64,000 nt of DNA from Utricularia gibba (taxonomy: Eukaryota; Plantae; Magnoliophyta). Position 1 is the first letter of the stretch. Each line of letters starts with the position of its first letter. The translations under genes and the position numbers were made by a program. The notes under the pieces were generated by a model. It made no database searches and was not told the origin of the DNA. It worked only from the letters and a program-made list of their open reading frames with translations. Of the stretch, positions 56,311 through 64,000 are shown piece by piece. The DNA lies in the NCBI GenBank assembly GCA_002189035.1, contig CM007990.1, positions 1,550,001-1,614,000 of the forward strand. Direction: 5' to 3'.

Positions 56311-56940
56311 GATGGCGACCACTCCGGAGGATTTAACCAGGTCAAAGAAATCACCCAACAAAGTCAAGCTGAATAGGGTAAATGTCTCACTTCAATGGAT
56401 AGAAAGTCATCGGTTTTCCAAGTCAGCCATTTATCGGGCTTTTGGGGTAATATTAGTCGTTTAAAATAATGTCTATTCATAGACACGCATTAAATTAAAA
56501 AATTTATATTAGAATAGTCATTTTTCTTATACAATATCTGACATATAATTAGATTTTTAATTTATCCTCTTAATATGATAGATTCTTCGTTTTTTTTGTG
56601 AGAAAATTTATGCAAAAAATCAAATAAATGTGATTAAGGTTTGCACGCCATGATCCACTCTGATTATTTTCATAATATTTATATTTGCGCTATAACGTCT
56701 ATGATTTTAAATAAGATTATTTAATTTCCAACTTATGCATGCAATGACGCACAGAATTGTACTGTTGCAAACCAAAATCACATTTAATAATAATTCTGAT
56801 GACACTGCACATACCCCTGCACATACGTCATAGCTTCTGAAGAGCTATACAACTGTGCACAGGGTAACACCATTTCTGACCAAGGAAAGCTCATTAGAAG
56901 TCTTTTTTCTTCTGTCTCTGATTTGCAGATCTGAAACTCC

Positions 56941-57719
56941 ATGGCTGCAGAATCTACACAAGTGAAGGTTTTGGGCACACGAGAAAGCCCTTTTACACTG
57001 AGGGCGCGCGTAGCCCTCAACCTCAAGTCCGTGGAGTACGAGTTCGAGGAACATTTTCCTGGTAAGAGCGAACTCCTCCTCAAAACCAATCCTGTTATGA
57101 AGAAAATTCCCGTTCTCATCCACGGCGATGTCCCCATCTCTGAATCTCTTGTGATTCTTCACTACATCGATGAAACCTGGTCCCAGGGACCCCCGATCCT
57201 CCCTTCTCATCCCCAAGACCGCGCTGCTGCCCGGTTCTGGGCTTCCTACATCGACGAAAAGGTACGATTGACAGTACTATTTGCTAATTGAGTGGTACTT
57301 CCCCATTTTTTCCGGTATAGAGCTCAGATACGTTTTCCCTGTTGTAGTGGTTTCCATCTGTTAGAGGCATCATGCTGACGGAAGGAGAGGAGTTGAGGAA
57401 GAACTTAGAGGGAGCCACAGAAGGAGTCGCTTTGTTGGAAAATGCTTTTGTGGGTATAAGTAAAGGGAAGAAATTCTTCGGAGGAGAAACCATCGGATAT
57501 CTGGACATTGCGGTAGGATGCTTTCTCAAATGGTTGGATGTTATGGATGTGCTGTTTGGTCAAAAGTTCATCGACGAGATCAAGACTCCGAATTTGTTCC
57601 AATGGACTCAATATTTCACCTCCGACCCCGCGGTGAAGGATATTTTGCCCCAGACCGAGGAGCTCGTCGAGTTCGCTAAGTTCCTCATCAACATGTTAAA
57701 AGCTCCGGCGAAGAACTGA
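56941..57719 (+). CDS. GSTU: Tau-class glutathione S-transferase copy 2, intact, 230 aa
   Basis: Exons 56941-57261 and 57348-57719 are in frame. Close paralogue of copy 1, with homology extending over the promoter and 3' flank. Confidence 0.94.
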
Positions 57720-57940
57720 GTTGCTACCTGTGAGAGTATTTGAATGTGCACGGGCATTGTCTGCATTTGTATTAATGCTTTCCACGGTTCTTCTCGTTAC
57801 ATTTGTATGTCGTGCTTTTCAGTTTCTGTTGGTGAGTGGGTATTGGTGTTATTTGTATGCGTTTTAAGGTTTATTTCACATAATCAATTAACTAATTTCC
57901 AAAATCAAATGGGCAAATCTTGAATGTGAGCAGACAGGTG

Positions 57941-58110
57941 TGACTAGGCATGGGAACGGGTTAGATCCGTGCTAGTTATGGGTCGGACCCATTTAGTTAT
58001 ATCTAAAATCTTGATTCGTCGAATATGGGTCAATGGATTACGACCCTCGACTCGCCTCATATACGAGTCAACTCGTACGACTCGACCCGAATGAACATAA
58101 TAAAAATTTG
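57941..58110. mobile_element. Partial hAT-type MITE related to the 55726 element
   Basis: Left end GACTAGGCATGG and GACCC/GACTCG subterminal repeats. No matching right end seen. Confidence 0.4.
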
Positions 58111-58437
58111 TGCCCATAAATGAAACATTAGGTAATAGACAAACCAGCCCAAAGCTTGTTTGAATGGGGCTGGTCCAAGCATAGAAAAGAAAATAGTAAT
58201 CATAAATAATTCAAAATTTAGAAATAATAATAAAACAATATTAATATTATAATTAAATCAAAATTTAGTTTACTTCAAATTTAACCTTTAACACATACAA
58301 GTTTATTATAATAAACATAATTAAGATGGAATTGTATTAAGATAGATTAAAAATATATTATTCTATTTTTCGAATTTCAATTTTCAAAAACATGGATTGA
58401 AAAATTCTTCATATTAGAGATGTACGTAAGGAGTGAA

Positions 58438-61400
58438 TGTGAAGAGAAAAAATACTTGTTCATTCTTCCATCATCAGTTGAGAGTACAAGACAATCCATA
58501 TTTATTACATCATTGCTTCTTTCGTCAACCACACGTTTTGTCTCCTACACCTTAATTTCTGGATCCAACTGTTTTGTCTCTGCCTCTTGTATTCTCATGG
58601 GTTTGAGCTTGACGACTCAGCATGAAATGAGCGTTGTAATTTGGGCTCGTGCATGTGCTGTCATTCAACAACTCCTTCTCGGATCCAAAGCCCTTGGAGA
58701 GATCTCTTGTGCGATTCCACCTTCCAAGTTCTGCAATGTGAATGTTCATCTTCCCAAACCCCAAGTCCTTAAGAAACCCACTAAATTCCTTGAATCCCAA
58801 TGGTTTGGTGACAAAATCTGCAATCTAAGACTTCGTTCCTACATGCATCAGTTTGATAAGTCCTTGTTTGAATGCATCTCAAACCACATGGCAGTCGACC
58901 TTAATGTGCTTCGTCCACTTGTGGAAAATCAGGTTTTCTGTGATTTGGATCACAGCTCTACTATCACAGTACAACGGAATGTATTCTTTAACTAGAAGAT
59001 TGATCTCCTTCAAGAGGTATGATACCCATCTAACTTCACAAACTATTGTGGCCATACTGCGATACTCCGCTTCTGTGGAAGATCTAGAGACCGTTGACTG
59101 TTTCCTAGTTTTCCAGGATACTAGAGAGTTTCCGAAAAAGATGGAAAGCTTGTTAAGGATCGTCTGTTGTAAGGGCAACATGCCCAGTCCAAATCACAAT
59201 ATGCAGAAAGGCTTTGAGAATCAAGCCTTGGGTAAAAGAGGCCCTTATCTGCGGTTCCTTTTAGATATTTGGCACCCTGTAACGCAGCATCCCAATGTTC
59301 TTTGCAAGGGCTTGCCATTAATTGACTTAGCAACTGTGTATAATAGGATAGAGCTGGTCTCGAGAAATGCAGGTAAAGTAATCTTCCAACTAATCGCCTA
59401 TACTCCTTTGAGTGCAATAGAGGTCCTCTAGGAGTATTTGAAAATCTGAAGCCTTGAGAAAGAGGTATGTCTGGAAGATTATTTTCTGGAAGGTTAAGAT
59501 CTACTATGATAGCCTCTGCGTACGCTCTATGGCTAAGAAATATTCCACTAGTTGATCTGTGAATTTGAAGACTAAGGTAATACTTTGCTTCCTCAAGGTC
59601 CCTAATGGTAAACCAAATATCCAACTGTTTTTTCACATGATCGATTTCTTCCAATGAGGTACCTGCTAGCAGATAGATTAGCAACATTGTCAAATCTATG
59701 CTATTGCGTGTTTTTAGGAATAAACAAAGATCATGCTGACTTTGTTGATAACCAAGAGTGTTTAGCTTCAAGATAAACTCTTTGTTCCATTGACTTGATG
59801 CCTGTTTTAGACCATAGATCGATTTCAGTAGGTTACACACCTTACCTTGGACAGGATATCCCGATGGAGGATGCATGTAGATGTCCTCATCCAAATGTCC
59901 ATGTAAGAATGCATTGTTTACATCAATCTGATGTAAATGCCAATTGTATGTTGCAGAGAGAGCCAGTATCAACCTAATAGTTGTGACTTTAGCCACCGAT
60001 GAGAATGATTCGTTGTAATCTTTCCCTTCCTGCTAAGAAAAACCTTGTGTCACTAATCTTGCTTTCTTCTTTGACAGAGTACCATCAACAACCAGTTTAT
60101 TCTTATAAACCCATTGACTGCCCACTAGGTTACAATTTAGTGGAGGATCAACCAAGATCCATGTTCCATTATTCTCAAGCACGATTGTCTCCAGATCCAT
60201 GGCTTTACACCAGTCTGGATATTGAATGGCTTCCTCAAAGGTAGTTGGCTCAGACTCTACTATTTTACAATTTGAAATGGAACAAATGTAATCACTCATC
60301 CAGTTAGGACAAGTTTTGTGTCGAATACTGCATCTCACTGTAGGTTTTGTTAGGATAATTTCTAGAGAGCAAAAGTCTGCTTCGCCTACATAGTCTGATT
60401 GAGAGGGTGCATCACCCAGGGATTCAATTGAGAGGGATTGTAGTTTTCAGTATTTGAGTCGCTTCTTTCATGAGGTTGTTGAGCATCTTTAACGGAAGTG
60501 GTATCCAATAGTTTAAGAACTCCGTGAGATTAACTGGCAAGAGTGCATAACCGGTAAGGAAACACCTCCTCATGAAAAATAACATCTCTAGATACAAGCA
60601 ATTTTCTAGTGTCAGTATCAAACATTTTAAAACCTTTTTTTCCCATTGCATAGCCAACAAAAATACCCTTTTTTTCTCGTGCAGCGAACTTATCCAAGTG
60701 CTTCAACGGATCATAGTAGAAACATAAACATTTGAAGGTGCGCAACTGCATGAAATCAGGTTTCCTTTTAAGTAGCATCTCACATGGTGGCTTTCCCTGC
60801 AGATTAGCAATCAAAAGCCTATTAATCAGATAAGTTGTCATTAGTAAAACTTCACCCCACATCTCTATGGGAACATTTGACTAGTGCATGAGTGCTCTTG
60901 CAACTTCTAGAAGATGCCGATGCTTCCTTTCAGCTCGTCCATTTTGCTCCGAAGTGTATATGCAACTAGTAAAATGTTGTATTCTTTTTTCTGAAAAGAA
61001 ACTCTTCATTTCAGCATTAATAAACTCGCCACCATTATCGGTTTGAATAATTTTCTCCTTTTTTTCAAACTGCCGCTCAACTTGATTGATAAGCTCCTTT
61101 ATTGCCATTATGGTTTCTGACTTGTATTGTAAGTGAACCGTCCAAGTAGCTCTACTCTTATCATCAACAATAGTGAGAAAGTAGCGAGTATTAGTGAGAG
61201 TTGGTTTTTATAAATGCCCCAAACATCCATGTGAATTTTCTCAAAAAGATTAGAAGCCACCATTTCACTGGTGCTAAAAGACAATCTTGTTTGTTTCCCA
61301 GACTGACAATACGCACATGGTTTGAGTTGAGATTCCTCCTTAGTGGAAATTAACAGTAGCAGTTTCAATATGTTTCCTAGTGCATGACCTAAGCGCATGT

Positions 61401-63134
61401 GCCATACGATAGGTTTGGATATAGCAGCGTTTGCATACAACAGTTAAGAAGACAACAAGTTTCTATCACTCAACAAAGAGTAATCCATAGTCTCATCAAA
61501 TTGTTGTCAATAAGCAACCTGGGCATAGACATCAGATTCTAGGTGAACTCAGGTATGTATAAAACATTATTTAAGGAGATGCTAGAGTTTATATTTATAT
61601 CTCCTGGTTGCTTGACCAAGCAATAGTTACCATTAGGTAAATGTATTTTCATAGGAATTGTCAATGACCAAAGAGATCTTAAATTACTCCTTTGGTAAGT
61701 TACATGAGTAGTGGCACTTGCGTCAATAATCAAACAAGCATTTTATCCGAAAAAAAAATAGTGTTATTACTAGATAGATGCAGATTACTGATTGCATGTT
61801 CCATGTGTTCTACAAGTTTTGAAGAATGTTCTATGTGTCCACATTGCTATGATTTTTCCTTGAGATTTATTATTTTTTTAAGCTGCCTATCCCAAACCTT
61901 AGGCCAATTCTCACCATAAATTTCTTTAAAGCGATTTGAAATACCATGAAGGAGAAAACAAGAATCTTGAGTGTGGCCTTCGAGTAAACAATAAGTACAT
62001 TTCCTCATTCCTCTTTCCTTCGAACAAAAGGTTGAGACATCTCTGGGTTTGTTGAAGGAAGTTTTTTTGTCTTGTGAGCCACCATATTTTTCTTGTTTTT
62101 GCACCACCATTACACTTTGTTGTAGATGCTGGCTCATAGATTCAACATGTCTCTCAATCCCCAGAACCATGGATAGAACCTCGGCTGCTGAGGGAATAGG
62201 TTTCATAAACAAAATCTGCCTCCTAATGTTTTCATATTCCAGGTTAAGGCCCATAAGTTAACAAAGTTGTTTTTCAAGGCTTGCATAAGAGATACTTGCT
62301 GTCCACAGCTACACATTGCGGGGGATAAGGTTGACATGAAGTCCTTCCAGAGAAGTTTCCGTTTGGTGTTGTGGTCACTAATTGTAAGACTGCCTTGAAC
62401 AAGATTGGTGAGTTACTTTCTTATCTCAAAAAGCATTGGTCCATTACTACTTTCCTACTTTTGCTGTAACTCTAGTCATAGCTCCCTTGCTATCTCACAA
62501 TTAAAAGACGGTTGTAGATCTGGAGAGATAGAGCTCATAAGCCAAGCTAAGACCATGGCATCTGCCTGAATCCAATCGTCGTACAAAGTAGAGTGTCTCT
62601 TCTGGCATAGATAGTCATCCATCGATGGAAGCTAGTTTCTTTTTAGCTTTAAGAGCAACTCGGACTCCCCTGCTCCAGAGCTTGTAGTTTCTCAATGTGA
62701 GAAGGGTGCTAATGAGAGATTGATTGGGGTTCTGTGACCCATGTAGTTTTACGATGCTAGCAACAACCTCTGTGGGTAGTGCTAGCATCGTTCCAAAGGA
62801 TTGTTCACTACTTGGAGTGTCCTCATCTTCTTTTCGAAGAGTTGGGTTGCCATTTTTCGCCATCAAAGCTTTGAGAGTTCAATCACCTCGCTCTGATACC
62901 ATGTGAAGAAAAAAAAAACTTGTTCATTCTTCCATCACCAGTTGAGAATACAAGGCAACTCACATTTATTACATCATTGCTTCTTTCGTCAACCACACAT
63001 TTTGTCTCCTGTAGCTCAGTTTCTTGAGCCAACAGTTTTGTCTCCGCCTCCTGTATTCTCATGGGTTTGGGCCTGACGACTCAGCATGAAATGGGCGTTG
63101 TGATTTGGTTTCGTGCATGTGCTGTCATTCAACA
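58438..63134 (-). mobile_element. Full-length Ty1/copia LTR retrotransposon, 4.7 kb, decayed
   Basis: 233-bp LTRs at 62902-63134 and 58438-58670 (TG...CA; about 25 differences by eye, about 89% identity). PBS TGGTATCAGAGC at 62901-62890, PPT GAGAAGGAGT at 58680-71. Order gag, PR, INT (TDNGGEF, QNGRAERKHRHLLE), RT (QIDVNNAFLHG), RNase H (TKHIKVDCH), with many stops and frameshifts. Confidence 0.97.
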
Positions 63135-63297
63135 ATCGAGGCTAGTGTTTTTTATTCAATTTAATATTTTTTATAAAAAAATTATAACATTTCTAAAAAT
63201 AAGTTATTATTTTTATTTTTACAATATTAAAATTTAATCCATTATAAGATTTGCAGCGTTATTTCCTTTGGTTGACAAAATGCATTTTTGGTATATG

Positions 63298-63889
63298 CTA
63301 CGTATCAGGACCTAAAGGCGGAGGCTTATTGAGTAGGTGGACATTGGCGGCGATTCCTTCTGAGCCATGGCCTGTTTTACTGAGTGATAAGCTCTTGAAG
63401 CTGCTTAATTGGCATGATTTTCGATATTTGGAGGAGTTTACTACGTGCCTATGTTTGCCTTCTTCCTCCACCTTGGCAACCATGAGCAGGTTGCTGATGC
63501 TGCCGCAGTAGAAGGAGCAAACAGGAGCAGGAAGAAGGGAAGTAAGTGCACTACGCACACATCTGGTGGCCAGTCTTGGATTTGAATCAAGAAACGATGA
63601 TCGAAGCATATCGAGCAAAGATCGAGGTGGGAGATAGGAATAGCAGCATTGTTGATCAGACAATCCCAAGGTGATGGAGATGGCATGGAGAATCGGGTTC
63701 CTCTTGAGTTGGCTTTCTCCCTTTCCTTGTTGGCCTCCATTAGAGCTTGCTCCAGAAGGGCTCTTGCCTCCTCATTGAGTTCATGCATGAATTTCAGAGG
63801 TGTTGGGCAGACGAGAGGCTCCATTGAGGAAGGATTCAGTAAAGTGTGTGTCGTGGTTGTATCTCATAGCTATTACATATCGTATTCTC
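63298..63889 (-). pseudogene. XBAT31: XBAT31-like ankyrin-RING E3 ligase pseudogene, last exon; gene may continue beyond the window
   Basis: After acceptor TTCTAG: RIRYVIAM, then a frameshift to LLNPSSMEPLVCPTPLKFMHELNEEARALLEQALMEANKERE and CSICFD, then a frameshift to GHQMCA*CT, a deletion and PVCSFYC. Multiple lesions. Confidence 0.85.
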
Positions 63890-64000
63890 CTAGAACATGA
63901 AACATGAAAAATATGACAATTTAAATCATAATAACTACAAGGATTTTTGTTTTCAGATGCAACGAGCATAAAGAGAAGTACCCCGATGTTTTCAAATGAA

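Overview
Plant nuclear DNA (angiosperm, probably eudicot; species not determinable), with GC-richer exons in very AT-rich, transposon-littered intergenic DNA. Apparently intact protein genes: START-domain lipid-binding protein (+), UBP9/10/11-type deubiquitinase (-), growth-regulating factor with a miR396 site (-), intronless GPR107/CAND6-7-type 7TM protein (-), PBL21/22-type RLCK-VII kinase (-) and one tau-class GST (+). Two genes look intact apart from single-base deletions: a BODYGUARD-type hydrolase (three -1 shifts) and the first GST copy (one -1 shift in a G run). RNA genes missed by the ORF track: a U3 snoRNA with a complete USE/TATA Pol III promoter but a variant box D, and a probable decayed U11 snRNA whose promoter has collapsed. 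Pseudogenes: RING-H2, DRB2 (5'-truncated and split by a MITE) and XBAT31-like. Mobile DNA: three PIF/Harbinger relics, a full-length Ty1/copia, hAT- and Tourist-type MITEs and older LTR-like debris. I found no clearly new biological system. The best leads are the U11 and U3 loci, the reciprocal decay of the GST pair, the DRB2 pseudogene between two convergent genes and an unexplained structured GC island near 16.4 kb. All alignments and counts were done by eye, and homologue comparisons are from memory, not database searches.
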